A stretch of DNA of 64,000 bases from Candidatus Woesearchaeota archaeon (GCA_018675975.1 JABGXB010000002.1:192098-256097), one strand, 5' to 3'; positions 20,648 to 31,610 are shown, counted from the first letter of the stretch. Notes: generated from the sequence alone by a model not told the origin. A program made the numbers and translations.

Positions 20648-21085
20648 CTATTTTCTCGCTTTTTGAATTTTACCGGTTCTCAAACCTAATAAAGATTGAT
20701 CATTAACTTTAATTACAGTTAATCTAACACCTGAAATGTCACCCTTTGAACGACCCATTTTTCCACCGATACATTCAATTAATACTTCATCGTGTTCATC
20801 AATAACTTTTGTTGCACCATCACCAGGTAAATAAGCAGTAACTTGTTTACCATTTTTTACTAATTGAACTTTTGCACACTTTCGCATTGCAGAGTTCGGT
20901 TGCTTTGCTTCTCTTTGAATTTTTTCAATAACAATAGCTTTTGCTTGTGAAGATCCTTTTAATGGATCTGATTTAATTCTAAGACCATAAAATTTTCTTT
21001 TAAAATTTTTATTTTTTAATCTACTTACAGCTCTTTTTTTCATTAATTTTTTTGCTGCATTCATTCCTTGACTTTTTTTACTCAT
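20648..21085 (-). CDS. rps12: 30S ribosomal protein S12 (uS12)
   Basis: Conserved PNSAMRK and LPGDG regions. Start placed at the internal Met (MSKKSQG) to avoid a 20-nt overlap with nusA. Confidence 0.9.
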   Translation of the reverse strand: MSKKSQGMNAAKKLMKKRAVSRLKNKNFKRKFYGLRIKSDPLKGSSQAKAIVIEKIQREAKQPNSAMRKCAKVQLVKNGKQVTAYLPGDGATKVIDEHDEVLIECIGGKMGRSKGDISGVRLTVIKVNDQSLLGLRTGKIQKARK

Positions 21086-21518
21086 TTTTAACCTCAATTT
21101 GTTGAACTTTTAATTCCTTGATATCAAAATATCGTTTTATTATTTCTTCGCTCAACCTTAAAGATGAAACATCTTTTCCAATTAAATAGCCACGAACTTT
21201 ATAACTGTCCGTTTTCAAAATAATTATTTCATCATTTTTAACTATTTCATTAACTTTATTTGGATGAATTACATTTTTTATAAATTGTATTAATTCATCA
21301 TCAAATTCAATTACTCGAATTTTTTCAACATTTAATTTTTTTGCAAGTATTGGAATATTACCTGCTTTTTTTCCAACTGCTCTTCCTATATCGCCTTTAT
21401 TTACCATAAAGACCAATGTCCCATTAGATTCAAAACAATCTTTTGGCACAATTTTAGACACACTTGAAAAAATTGATAATTTTTTTAATATAAATGGGTC
21501 TAATTTAATTTTCTTCAT
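21078..21518 (-). CDS. nusA: Archaeal NusA-like KH-domain transcription factor
   Basis: KH GxxG motif ([11 protein letters not shown]); canonical position between L30e and S12 in the archaeal rpo operon. Confidence 0.8.
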   Translation of the reverse strand: MKKIKLDPFILKKLSIFSSVSKIVPKDCFESNGTLVFMVNKGDIGRAVGKKAGNIPILAKKLNVEKIRVIEFDDELIQFIKNVIHPNKVNEIVKNDEIIILKTDSYKVRGYLIGKDVSSLRLSEEIIKRYFDIKELKVQQIEVKNE

Positions 21519-21790
21519 TTTTTAAATGAAATTACTGTAATATTAAAGTTTTTTTTACATAATATACCTAATTCACTACTGTCAATATCTAGATTTTCAA
21601 AATTAATATTTCCAATTTTACAAAAATGTTCTATATCAGATTTTATATTTAAGTCAATATTTTTTGACATATATACTTTTTCAATTAATGAATTCTGAAT
21701 TAATTTTTTAGTAGTCTTACTACCTATATTTAATTTGTTACTTTCTACTGATTTTTTTAATTCGCCCTTAAATAGGTCAATATTTACCAT
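21515..21790 (-). CDS. rpl30e: 50S ribosomal protein L30e (eL30)
   Basis: Size and position between rpoA'' and nusA match the archaeal operon; sequence consistent with the L7Ae/L30e fold. Confidence 0.7.
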   Translation of the reverse strand: MVNIDLFKGELKKSVESNKLNIGSKTTKKLIQNSLIEKVYMSKNIDLNIKSDIEHFCKIGNINFENLDIDSSELGILCKKNFNITVISFKK

Positions 21791-21834
21791 TTTTCTTACC
21801 TAGATTTTGAATGAAAATATATGTTTTTATAAAC

Positions 21835-22986
21835 CTAGCTATCTTCTTTAGCTAAAAGACGCCCCATACCAGTTCCAATTGGTATTGGTTGATTTACCAT
21901 AACATTCTCCATTACACTCTTTAATTTATCTTTTTGGCCTGAAATTGCTGCATTAAATATATGTTTCATTGGAGTTTCAAAACTCGCCTTTGAAATTACA
22001 CTATCTTTATCCAACAATATACCAAATCTTGTAATACCTTTAATTATTCCACTAAGTGACATCGTATCTGCAATTAACATACTATGTCTAATATTAATAT
22101 TTAATCCTTGAACTTCAAGAACTTTATCTGTTTCTTTAATTATTGCAGCTCTTGCAGCTTCAATTCCTAAATGATTGCAAATTTGCCAAATATCATTTGT
22201 AGTAGTTTTATATGGATCAATAAAATCTAATTCTAAAACATGTTTTAAAGAACTACCTCTTGTCAATATTTTATAAGATCCATCATCTTCTTGTACAATT
22301 ACTACTTGACTAATATTTTTAATTCCACTTACAAAAACATTTTTTAATTTATCTTTTAATTTATATAAATCCATTATTTTTTCATCTTTAATTTTCTTTT
22401 TAACAGAAATATATTCTTCTTCTTCTTCAACAATTATACCTTTCATATTTTTTTGTAAGGCTTTTGCAATTGCTTCTTGACTATATTTTTCTTTTTTTAA
22501 TTTATCTTTATTTAAATAACATTTAACAACTTGATTAATAAAATCTAATTGAAATTCTTCAATAAATTCAATTAATTTAGTTTCTTTAATATGCATTGCA
22601 TAATTTTTAACTTCATTTTCTGATAATTTTTTCTTTTTAAAAAAAATTTCCATCATCGGAGTTGAAAGTTCTTTTCTACCATCAAAAATTTCAATAATTC
22701 TTGGAAGTCCACTTGATAATTGAATTGTTGAAGTACCACCACCGTGTTTTTCGTTTAATGTCATCTGTGTACTCTGTTCACCAAAAGATGATGATGCAAT
22801 TAAACCGCACGCTTCACTAGTATCAATTTGAGCATTTTCAAATACAGTAACTGCTCGTTTAAAAATTTCTTCTAATTTTTTTTTATCAATATTTTTTGGA
22901 ACATTTAATTTAATATCACTAATTATTTTACCAGATAATTTTTTTTCGTATTTTTTAATTAAGTCTTCCATTTTAATTACCTGCAA
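21835..22986 (-). CDS. rpoA2: DNA-directed RNA polymerase subunit A'' (Rpo1C)
   Basis: Homology to the C-terminal third of the largest RNAP subunit; downstream of A'. Confidence 0.9.
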   Translation of the reverse strand: MQVIKMEDLIKKYEKKLSGKIISDIKLNVPKNIDKKKLEEIFKRAVTVFENAQIDTSEACGLIASSSFGEQSTQMTLNEKHGGGTSTIQLSSGLPRIIEIFDGRKELSTPMMEIFFKKKKLSENEVKNYAMHIKETKLIEFIEEFQLDFINQVVKCYLNKDKLKKEKYSQEAIAKALQKNMKGIIVEEEEEYISVKKKIKDEKIMDLYKLKDKLKNVFVSGIKNISQVVIVQEDDGSYKILTRGSSLKHVLELDFIDPYKTTTNDIWQICNHLGIEAARAAIIKETDKVLEVQGLNINIRHSMLIADTMSLSGIIKGITRFGILLDKDSVISKASFETPMKHIFNAAISGQKDKLKSVMENVMVNQPIPIGTGMGRLLAKEDS

Positions 22987-25543
22987 CCTCTCTAATTATT
23001 TTTTTAATATCGATTGAACCTTTTTCAGATTTTGAAACATCAATTCCATCTTCACCATATTTAAATTGAATTATTTTTGAATCAATATCCCTAACCGTAC
23101 TATCAGCTTCAACTCTTACATCTTGTAATGCATTAGCTAATCTTCTATACAAATAACCAGACTTTGGAGTTCTTAATGCAATATCCATATAAGCATCTCT
23201 TGATGTTATTGCCCTAAAGAAAAATTCATGTGGTTTTAATCCTTTCTTATATGTAGATTTAATAAATCCACCTTGTTCAGAACCAATATCATATTTTTTA
23301 AAACAAGATAAAGTTCTTTTTCTATAACCAACTTTTATTCTTCCACCTCTACTGTTTTGTTGTCCAACAAAACCAGCCAAAGCAGTTAAATTTGTCTTTG
23401 AACCTCTTGCACCACTATTAATCATAATAGTTGTACCAGTTTCTTCATTAAAATAATCAGAAACACATTTCATTGCTTCATTTTGAGCATTACCTAAAAT
23501 TTTCATAATTTCAGTTTCAGCCTCAATCATTTGATCTTTTGTTGGATGAAAATCTTTTTTATATAATTTATCAGAAATTTTTAAAATTTCACTATCTGCA
23601 TCAATAAAATATTTTGCAATTTTATTTTGGAATTTTGAATCAGTATCAATATCAGAAACAGATGTTGTTAGACCTGATTGTAATAACATTTTTAATCCCA
23701 ACTTAAACATTTTACCAATAAAATCACTAACTAAATCCTCACCATATTTTTGAAGCATACTTCTCAATAATAAACCAGCACCATTACCTAAAGATGAACT
23801 ATCTAATACACCTTCTTTTAGATAACCATTTTCAATAATAACATCACCTGATCTACTCTTCCCATAAAATGTAAATCCCTTTGGAAGTAAAGCTGAAATA
23901 ATATCTTTACCATCTACTTCATCACCTTTTGGAAGTTTAGTAAAATCTTTGTGATCAACTGAATATAATAATTCAATTGCTTCTTTTTTAGTGAAATTTT
24001 CTTTTTTAGTCAATAAATAGTTACCAGATATTGCATCTTGAACACAACCTACAATTGTAAGTCCATTACATGGAGATACTAAAACATTTTTTACACTCAT
24101 TAATAATTCCGCTTCAGCTCTTGATTCTTCAGTTTGAGGAATGTGTAAGTTCATTTCATCCCCATCAAAATCTGCATTGTATGGAAAACATACTGCAGGA
24201 TTAATTCTAAATGTTTTACCAGGAATTACTTTAATTTTATGACATAAAATACTCATTTTGTGTAAACTTGGTTGTCTGTTAAAAATACATACATCCCCAT
24301 TTTGTAAATGTCTTTGTACAACATAACCAGGTTGAATCTCCTCTAAAATTTGTTCTTTAGTTTCATCAGTAATAGTTTTTTTTAATCCATCTGGACGAAT
24401 AACAAAATTTGCACCAGGATATGATTTTTTACCTTTTTCAACTAAACTTTTCAAAAACTTTTCATTATACTTTGTAACTTTTTCCGGAATAGTTAATTTT
24501 TTTGCAACTAGTTCTGGAATTCCAACTTCATCAATTTCAATCATTGGATCTGGAGAAATTACACTTCTTGCACAAAAATTAGTTCTTTTACCTGCTAAAT
24601 TATTTCTAATTCTTCCTTCTTTACTATTAATTCGTTCATAAATAGTTCTTAATGGTTGACCAGTTCTATGTCGTGCTGGCGGAATTTGTGTTACACTATT
24701 TTTAAAAAATGTCGTTACATGATATTGTAATAATTCCCAAAACTCATCAATAATAATTTCAGGTGCTCCCGCATTAATATTTTCAAATAATCTTTGATTA
24801 ATTTTAACAATATCTGCAAGCTTGTGAGTTAAATCATCTTCAGCTCGCTCCCCAGATTCTAATGTCAATGATGTTCTCATTGTTACTGGAGGAATTAACA
24901 TTCTTGTTAATACCAACCATTCTGGTCTAGTAGCTTCTGGATTAATTCCATATAATTCAATATCTTTATCTGGAATTCTTTCAAGTCTTGCTCTTATTTG
25001 AATTGGAGATAATTTTTGTTCATCTTCATAAAATGTATATGGTTTTTCTAATTTTAGTGGCTTTTGTTTTGCACTACAGTGAGGGCATTTAATTATAGTT
25101 TTTAATTTAATTAATAATTTTCTAATTTCTTTTAATTTATTTTCATATCCTCTAAGTGACTCAACTTCTTTTAATTTATCTTTAATTAAATTTAATTTTT
25201 CATCACTAACTAAAACTCTACCACAATTGTGACATGTTGTTTTTAATAAACTAAAAATTAATGCAATACCTTCAATGTGTAAAACTGGTCTTGCAAGTTC
25301 AATATGTCCAAAATGACCTGGACATTCTTTAAATTTATTACCACAAGTTCTACAAGTTAAACCTGGATCAATAACTCCTAATCTAACATCCATTAACCCA
25401 CCGTCAACAGGATATGATTCTTTATCATAAAGTTCTGGAGTAACAACTTTTGCAACTGATACTTCTTGAATTAATTTAGGTGAAAAAAAACCAAATTCTA
25501 TTGATGCTATTTTTTTAAATGTATAATTTGTAGGCTCGTTCAT
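22973..25543 (-). CDS. rpoA1: DNA-directed RNA polymerase subunit A' (Rpo1N)
   Basis: Zn-binding N-terminus, catalytic NADFDGD motif and clamp regions. Confidence 0.95.
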   Translation of the reverse strand: MNEPTNYTFKKIASIEFGFFSPKLIQEVSVAKVVTPELYDKESYPVDGGLMDVRLGVIDPGLTCRTCGNKFKECPGHFGHIELARPVLHIEGIALIFSLLKTTCHNCGRVLVSDEKLNLIKDKLKEVESLRGYENKLKEIRKLLIKLKTIIKCPHCSAKQKPLKLEKPYTFYEDEQKLSPIQIRARLERIPDKDIELYGINPEATRPEWLVLTRMLIPPVTMRTSLTLESGERAEDDLTHKLADIVKINQRLFENINAGAPEIIIDEFWELLQYHVTTFFKNSVTQIPPARHRTGQPLRTIYERINSKEGRIRNNLAGKRTNFCARSVISPDPMIEIDEVGIPELVAKKLTIPEKVTKYNEKFLKSLVEKGKKSYPGANFVIRPDGLKKTITDETKEQILEEIQPGYVVQRHLQNGDVCIFNRQPSLHKMSILCHKIKVIPGKTFRINPAVCFPYNADFDGDEMNLHIPQTEESRAEAELLMSVKNVLVSPCNGLTIVGCVQDAISGNYLLTKKENFTKKEAIELLYSVDHKDFTKLPKGDEVDGKDIISALLPKGFTFYGKSRSGDVIIENGYLKEGVLDSSSLGNGAGLLLRSMLQKYGEDLVSDFIGKMFKLGLKMLLQSGLTTSVSDIDTDSKFQNKIAKYFIDADSEILKISDKLYKKDFHPTKDQMIEAETEIMKILGNAQNEAMKCVSDYFNEETGTTIMINSGARGSKTNLTALAGFVGQQNSRGGRIKVGYRKRTLSCFKKYDIGSEQGGFIKSTYKKGLKPHEFFFRAITSRDAYMDIALRTPKSGYLYRRLANALQDVRVEADSTVRDIDSKIIQFKYGEDGIDVSKSEKGSIDIKKIIREVAGN

Positions 25544-25555
25544 TTTAATTTTCCC

Positions 25556-27358
25556 CTAATATTTTGTAACCAAAGCTATCTTTGGATAAATTCCGTAACT
25601 CATCAGCTCATCTAAAAACAATTTAAATGCATATGCCATATCAACATAATTTATTTTTGAATTTGTTCCATATAATGGGCTAATTGTTCTTTTTTTGAAT
25701 CTGTCATAGAAAGCTATAAGACCACTTCTCTCACAAACAGGAACTGTTGTTTTATCAACATCAAATCTTTCTTTTAATAATAAACTAGTACCGTGAGCAA
25801 CAATACAATCTTTCTCCATCTCTCCAATTCTCAATCCACCTTCTTTGGATCTTCCCTCAGTTGGTTGTCTTGTTAATAATGTAACTCTTCCTGTTGCCCT
25901 TGCTTGAATTTTATTTGCAACCATATGTTTAATTTTTAAGTAAAAAATTGAACCAACAAAAATTCTTGCATCCATTTTTTCACCAGTAAATCCATTATAC
26001 ATTACTTCAGTTCCATCTTCACGAAACCCTAATTCACTCAATTGATTTCTTAAATCAAATTCTTCTTCAGAATTAAACATTGTACCATCAACATATCTCC
26101 CAGAAAGAACTCCTACTTTTTGTGCAATAAGTTCAGTTAAATGTGAAAATGTTTCCCGTGTAGGTATTGAATGCGGTGAAAAAATAATATCAGGTATTAA
26201 ACCACTTGCAGTAAAAGGTAAATCAGCTTGTTCATATAATGCACCAATTACTCCTTTTTGTCCACTTCGTGATGCATATTTATCCCCAACTTCAGGAATT
26301 CTTTGATCTCGTAATCTTATTTGAACTAAATTGTTACCATCTTCATTTTGAGTTAATAAAACCATATCAACTTTTCCTTTTTCTTCATGTTTCATAACAA
26401 TTGAACTTTCTCTTTGAACATTTTGTGTTAAACTATATTCTTCACTACTGTTTAAAAATCGTGGAGGACTTGTTCTTCCAATAACAACATCATCTTCACC
26501 ACATTGTTGATCAAGAGCAATAATACCATCATCTTCTAATAATCTATAATCATGTTCACTTCTATATCCTTTAATTTCTAAATCAGGAATACAAATATTA
26601 TCTTTAAGTCCACCTGCATATCTAATTTCCTCTGCAGATTCAGGTTTAAAAAAATATGATCTTCCCAAACCACGCTCAACACTACTTTTATTCATAATTA
26701 TAGCATCGTCCATATTATATCCTTCATAACTCATAATTGCCATTATTACATTTTGTCCAGCAGGATGTCTTGAATAATCAGAAATATCATGCATTATTGT
26801 TTTCAAAATAGGAATTTGTGGTTGTTCTAATAAATTAACATCAGTATCAATTCTCATTAAATAATTCATAGCATACAAACCAATTGCTTGTTTTTGATTT
26901 TTAGCTCCAAGATAAGTCCTCATCGCAGGAGTTAAATTACCATGTGGAACTAAACTACCAACAAATGCAAACATAGAAAGTGGACTTACTTCCAAATGAG
27001 TATGATTTGAAGTTAAATCACCCGCTTCAAAAGCAATAAAACAATTTTCTTCTTCTGATGCATCAAGATATTCAATAATACCTTTTTTAATTAAATCTGA
27101 CCAAGACAATTGATTACTTTTTAATTTTTCTAAAACATCGTCAGTTAATATACTCTTACCATCCTTTACAACAATTAAAGGTCTTTGTACCCTACCTTCA
27201 CTTGCATATAAAAAAACTGAATCTGATTCTTCTTCAAACATTAAATTAAAATAAGAATTAATTTTACCTTCTTGTCTTGAAATTCTCAAACTATCTACAA
27301 ATTTATTACCATCATCAACAGTTCCAATAAATTTATTATCAAAAAAAACATCCGTCAT
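25556..27358 (-). CDS. rpoB1: DNA-directed RNA polymerase subunit B' (Rpo2C)
   Basis: Conserved C-terminal half of the second-largest RNAP subunit (GDKYASRSGQKG, GEMEKDC). Confidence 0.95.
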   Translation of the reverse strand: MTDVFFDNKFIGTVDDGNKFVDSLRISRQEGKINSYFNLMFEEESDSVFLYASEGRVQRPLIVVKDGKSILTDDVLEKLKSNQLSWSDLIKKGIIEYLDASEEENCFIAFEAGDLTSNHTHLEVSPLSMFAFVGSLVPHGNLTPAMRTYLGAKNQKQAIGLYAMNYLMRIDTDVNLLEQPQIPILKTIMHDISDYSRHPAGQNVIMAIMSYEGYNMDDAIIMNKSSVERGLGRSYFFKPESAEEIRYAGGLKDNICIPDLEIKGYRSEHDYRLLEDDGIIALDQQCGEDDVVIGRTSPPRFLNSSEEYSLTQNVQRESSIVMKHEEKGKVDMVLLTQNEDGNNLVQIRLRDQRIPEVGDKYASRSGQKGVIGALYEQADLPFTASGLIPDIIFSPHSIPTRETFSHLTELIAQKVGVLSGRYVDGTMFNSEEEFDLRNQLSELGFREDGTEVMYNGFTGEKMDARIFVGSIFYLKIKHMVANKIQARATGRVTLLTRQPTEGRSKEGGLRIGEMEKDCIVAHGTSLLLKERFDVDKTTVPVCERSGLIAFYDRFKKRTISPLYGTNSKINYVDMAYAFKLFLDELMSYGIYPKIALVTKY

Positions 27359-27366
27359 ATTATCAC

Positions 27367-28878
27367 CTAAAAAATTGTTTTAAGGCCTGCTTCTCTCATG
27401 TGAGATAACAGTTCTTCTTTATTGGAAACCTTGTTTGAAATTCTTGCTAGTATTGAAAGGTTCTTTTTTAATCCAACATTAGTACCTTCTGGAGTTTCAA
27501 TTGGACATAACCGTCCCATGTGAGTACAATGTAATGATCTTGCATCAAAATTTTCTTGTGTTGTCGATAGTAAACTTACAACTCTTTGTAAACTTGAAAC
27601 ATAATCATGATAATTAATTCTTTGTATTCTTTGACTAATACCTTTTCGCCCAGCTACCCAATTACCAGTAGCCATTGCAGAATTAATTCTTTTTGTCAAT
27701 AATTTGTTTCTAATAATTACTTTAATTGAAGGAAATTTACCCCTCTTCACAATTCTTTGAAAATTAAATAATAAATCATTAATTAAAACTTTTAAATTAA
27801 ATCTAAATAAATCTCCCAATAATGGACCAGCTAGTTTTAATTTTTTATTAGCATAATGATCTTTACTATAATTATCATATTTTTTATTTGCAAGGTCAAT
27901 ATATCTTTTAATATATTTTGAAATATTATATGCTTTGAATATTCTCGCTTGAGGTGATGTACCTAAGTGTGGCAATAATGCCTTGTCTAAAATATCTTGA
28001 GCTCTTATTAATCTTGTTTCTCTTGTTTGATTGATTCCCATTTTTTTAGATAGAAAATCTAATGCATCCTCTTCAGTTTTTAATTCTACAAATTCATATA
28101 AATTAATGAACATTGTATCATTATCTTTTCCAAGATCAATAATTTCAGCAATTTCACTATCTTTTAGAAAACCTAATGATTTTAAAATTGGCACTAAAGG
28201 AATTTTTTTATATCTAGCAAAACTAATTGTTAAAATTCCATCTTTAGAAAGTTCTACTGTATGAGGAATTCTATAATTTGAAAATTCAGAATATAATTTT
28301 CCAACTGCAGCACTACCCGCACCATCAACCATTAATTTATCAGGCGCTAAATCTTCAACAGCAACTAATGTTTTTTCAGTTCCTGCTATAATAAAATATC
28401 CACCTAATTCATAAGGATCTTCATTAACATTTACTAAATCATCTTTATTAAATCCATTTAAATGACAATATTTTGATCTTAACATTACTGGTATTTGACA
28501 CAATTCCGTCGTAAAAGATTCTCTTTGAACTCCATTAATGTGTGCAGAAATATTTGCATAAACAGGAGTAACATAACTTAGTTTTCTAAGTCTTGCTTCA
28601 TTTGGAAAAATTTTTCTTTTTGAACCGTCAGCTTCTACAATTGTTGGACCTTTATCATCAGTGTGTTTATCTACAGGTTCAACCCAAATTTTATCAAATT
28701 TAATTTCAAATTCATCTATATCATGAGGAATAATTGTAGGTTTAATTTCTTGTAATTCACTAATAATATTTGCTAATTCATTTTCAATAAAATTATTATA
28801 TGATGCAATATTACTTGACGCAAAATTATTTTCTTGGAAGTATTTTCTAATTAATATTTCTTGTTTTTTATCATTCAT
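27367..28878 (-). CDS. rpoB2: DNA-directed RNA polymerase subunit B'' (Rpo2N)
   Basis: N-terminal half of the second-largest subunit. Start set to the internal Met (MNDKKQEIL), leaving only an 8-nt overlap with rpoH. Confidence 0.9.
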   Translation of the reverse strand: MNDKKQEILIRKYFQENNFASSNIASYNNFIENELANIISELQEIKPTIIPHDIDEFEIKFDKIWVEPVDKHTDDKGPTIVEADGSKRKIFPNEARLRKLSYVTPVYANISAHINGVQRESFTTELCQIPVMLRSKYCHLNGFNKDDLVNVNEDPYELGGYFIIAGTEKTLVAVEDLAPDKLMVDGAGSAAVGKLYSEFSNYRIPHTVELSKDGILTISFARYKKIPLVPILKSLGFLKDSEIAEIIDLGKDNDTMFINLYEFVELKTEEDALDFLSKKMGINQTRETRLIRAQDILDKALLPHLGTSPQARIFKAYNISKYIKRYIDLANKKYDNYSKDHYANKKLKLAGPLLGDLFRFNLKVLINDLLFNFQRIVKRGKFPSIKVIIRNKLLTKRINSAMATGNWVAGRKGISQRIQRINYHDYVSSLQRVVSLLSTTQENFDARSLHCTHMGRLCPIETPEGTNVGLKKNLSILARISNKVSNKEELLSHMREAGLKTIF

Positions 28879-29104
28879 TTGAAACACCCCTATAATAAAG
28901 TGATATACCATCAGTTTTACTTTCTCTAACAATTTTAATTACATCACCTGGATTAGCACCAAGATCTTCTAAAGCTGGATCATTAAAATTAATTGAAGGA
29001 AGTTGAGAAAAACCAATATTAAATTCATCAAACATTTTTTTTTTTTCATCGTCTGATAACAAAATGTGTTCTGGAATCAGAAAATGTTTCGTTTTTTTTG
29101 CCAT
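28871..29104 (-). CDS. rpoH: DNA-directed RNA polymerase subunit H (Rpo5)
   Basis: 77-aa protein with the conserved RpoH/Rpb5 C-terminal domain, immediately upstream of rpoB''. Confidence 0.85.
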   Translation of the reverse strand: MAKKTKHFLIPEHILLSDDEKKKMFDEFNIGFSQLPSINFNDPALEDLGANPGDVIKIVRESKTDGISLYYRGVSNE

Positions 29105-29125
29105 AATTTTACCCGGATCTTAAAG

Positions 29126-29200
29126 TAGCCTCTGCGGGATTCGAACCCGCGACCCCCACATTAAAAGTGTGGTGCTCTAACCAGGCTGAGCTAAGAGGCC
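29126..29200 (-). tRNA. tRNA-Lys (anticodon UUU)
   Basis: Cloverleaf folded by hand: 7-bp acceptor stem (one G-U pair), D stem GCTC/GAGC, anticodon stem CCACA/TGTGG with loop CTTTTAA, T arm GCGGG-TTCGAAT-CCCGC, discriminator A; CCA not encoded. Confidence 0.8.
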
Positions 29201-29303
29201 AATATACTATCAAGAAAGACAATCATTTTATAAAGTTATCTGGGTAAACAGAACTCATTAATATATTTTTCGAAAAACAAATAGTATATATTAATAATCG
29301 AAA

Positions 29304-29759
29304 CTAAATTTCATCTTCCATTATTTTTTTATATGTATTTTCCAATTCAACCATTGGAATATCTTGATTTTTGAAATTATTCAATTCAATCATATCATTA
29401 GCAGGAACTAAATGTATATGTGCATGATCAATATCAAAACCTATAATAAACTGACAAATATTTTTTTTATTAAAAATTTGTAATTTATTTTTTACAATTT
29501 TTAAAGAATTATTAATTTTTGAAAATAATTCACCCTCTATATCAAAATAATTTTTAATATGTTTTTTTGGTATAATTATAGTATGCCCTTGACTAACAGG
29601 TCTAATATCTAAAAATGCTAAAACATGTTCATTTTCATATATTTTAAAACAAGGTGTTTCTCCTCTTATAATTTTACAAAAAACACAATCACTATTAAGA
29701 TTATTATTATCACAATTACCATTATTTTGTAAATTATTATTATTTTCTTCCATAAACAA
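29304..29759 (-). CDS. HIT-family (histidine triad) hydrolase with an Asn-rich N-terminal extension
   Basis: HIT motif DHAHIHLVP and upstream CVFCKII; N-terminus NNNNLQNNGNCDNNNLN is low complexity. Confidence 0.8.
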   Translation of the reverse strand: MFMEENNNNLQNNGNCDNNNLNSDCVFCKIIRGETPCFKIYENEHVLAFLDIRPVSQGHTIIIPKKHIKNYFDIEGELFSKINNSLKIVKNKLQIFNKKNICQFIIGFDIDHAHIHLVPANDMIELNNFKNQDIPMVELENTYKKIMEDEI

Positions 29760-29874
29760 AGTTTAGATTTACCATTTAAAATTTTTATGTAAAATGTTTA
29801 ATTAAATAATAATCAAATAGTAGTCTATAATAACCAAATGATAGTTTTATAATAAAAAAAACATAAAAATAATT

Positions 29875-30126
29875 ATGACATTTACATCTTGGAGTATAAA
29901 ATTTATAATTTCAATAATATTAGATATTGCTGATTTTTTTATAGGAAGAATACCCATTGCAGGCTCAATTTGGGATGCCATTTTAGGTTTTATTGGGCTT
30001 TTATTATGGAAAAAAGTTGGTGGTATTCAATTTTTAGAATTATTAGATTTTACTGATCAAATTGATGGATTTATACCTAGCCTTACGATTTCTGCAATTT
30101 TTAGTATAAAAGAAATATGGGATTGA
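29875..30126 (+). CDS. Small membrane protein (two hydrophobic helices)
   Basis: 83-aa ORF with non-low-complexity hydrophobic segments. Confidence 0.4.
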   Translation: MTFTSWSIKFIISIILDIADFFIGRIPIAGSIWDAILGFIGLLLWKKVGGIQFLELLDFTDQIDGFIPSLTISAIFSIKEIWD

Positions 30127-30194
30127 ATATACACATTAAAAAATAGGACAAAACAAACACTATGTTTTATAAATAACTATTTTGCTCATATCTA

Positions 30195-30680
30195 ATGAGT
30201 CATCTTAAATTAGTAGTTAATAATACAGAAAAAAATAAAAAGAAATCTCAAAAAAGAAATTCTTCTCAATCAGTTTTAGATTGTGATCCATTTTCAGAGT
30301 TAAATTTAGCTTATTATGATAAGGATTATAAGCGATTAATTAATATGCAACCAGAAACTAGCGGTTTATTAGTATTAGAAAAATTAAATGCACCAGTACA
30401 ATTATATCAAATTCATGATATTTTAGAAGGAACTTTAAATCAAATTTGTATTAATGATTTACAAAGAGAATTTGCTGGAGAGAATAGAACTTATTGTCCA
30501 TTTTTCACTGAATTTAAACAACATAGTGTATTTGATTTATACAAAGATGCAAATAATGAATTTGGACTCCCAAATAAATTTTTTATGTTCATAAAAGATA
30601 ATAATTTAGATGTTTATGAAATTTATGGACACATGCACAGAGCTGGAAAAGTTATGCAGCGACTTTTTCCAGATCGCTAG
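30195..30680 (+). CDS. Hypothetical protein
   Basis: 161-aa ORF, no recognised motif. Confidence 0.4.
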   Translation: MSHLKLVVNNTEKNKKKSQKRNSSQSVLDCDPFSELNLAYYDKDYKRLINMQPETSGLLVLEKLNAPVQLYQIHDILEGTLNQICINDLQREFAGENRTYCPFFTEFKQHSVFDLYKDANNEFGLPNKFFMFIKDNNLDVYEIYGHMHRAGKVMQRLFPDR

Positions 30681-31566
30681 TTTTATACAATAAATGAAGA
30701 AGATATGCAGATTTACTTTTAATCCCATATAAATTTTCTTTAATCAATTTTGAAACATAATCAATATCATGTTCAATAGTTTTATGTTTTAAACTTAAAA
30801 TATTTTCAACTTTTTCACTCAATAAAATAGGAGTTTTTAAAATTCGATTAATTTCTCCAATTAAAAAAATTATTCTAGATTTAACTTGTTTTTCAATATC
30901 AAGTTTAATATTAGAATCTTTAATATCAAATTTGTTAAACAAAAAAATTGATCTTTTGTGACAAAGGTCAATCAAATTATTAATATGTTTTGATCTTTCA
31001 ATTTCTGGATATGAATTTCTATTATTTAATTGTTTTAATTCTACAACATTAATTAATTTATTTAATAAAATTGCAATTGAACTAATATTTGTTTCAAATA
31101 CAAAATGATCAACTAATTTTTCAGGCAATAATTGTGAAAGATTTTTTAATTCTTCTTTAAACTCATTTAATTCCTCTGATTTAGAATGTTTAATTTTTTT
31201 ATTATTATTACATTTATTATAAAAATCTTTTATTATTACATATAATTTATTATTATATTTATCTCTGGATTTTCTCAACTCTTCAGCATATCTCTTTAAT
31301 CTATTAAAATCATCACTTAGAATATAAAAATCATTATCTTCTACAATTAAATTTAATATTTGTTTTGCAGCCCGTTTTGCATTTTCATTATTTAAATGTT
31401 CATATTGTAATAATGCCAAATAGTAATTATATTCCAAAGTATAAATTTTATTTTGGTGTTTTACATTTCTAAAAACAGCTGCTATTTTTGAGATTTCATG
31501 TTCATGAAATTTTTTAGAATCAACAGTTCCACCCCAAATATTAGAATATGATTTTAATACATCCAT
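30652..31566 (-). CDS. Hypothetical protein
   Basis: 304-aa ORF, no recognised motif. Confidence 0.45.
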   Translation of the reverse strand: MDVLKSYSNIWGGTVDSKKFHEHEISKIAAVFRNVKHQNKIYTLEYNYYLALLQYEHLNNENAKRAAKQILNLIVEDNDFYILSDDFNRLKRYAEELRKSRDKYNNKLYVIIKDFYNKCNNNKKIKHSKSEELNEFKEELKNLSQLLPEKLVDHFVFETNISSIAILLNKLINVVELKQLNNRNSYPEIERSKHINNLIDLCHKRSIFLFNKFDIKDSNIKLDIEKQVKSRIIFLIGEINRILKTPILLSEKVENILSLKHKTIEHDIDYVSKLIKENLYGIKSKSAYLLHLLYKTSDLEKVAA

Positions 31567-31610
31567 GATATATTTAAATAAAAAAAGTTTATAAAATTAA
31601 TTAAAAAAAA

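Noticed and set aside
27367-28932. Track start of rpoB'' at 28932 (MLEKVKLMVYHFIIGVFQ...)
   Set aside because: That N-terminal extension would overlap rpoH by 62 nt and is not part of the conserved RpoB'' N-terminus; the internal Met at 28878 is preferred
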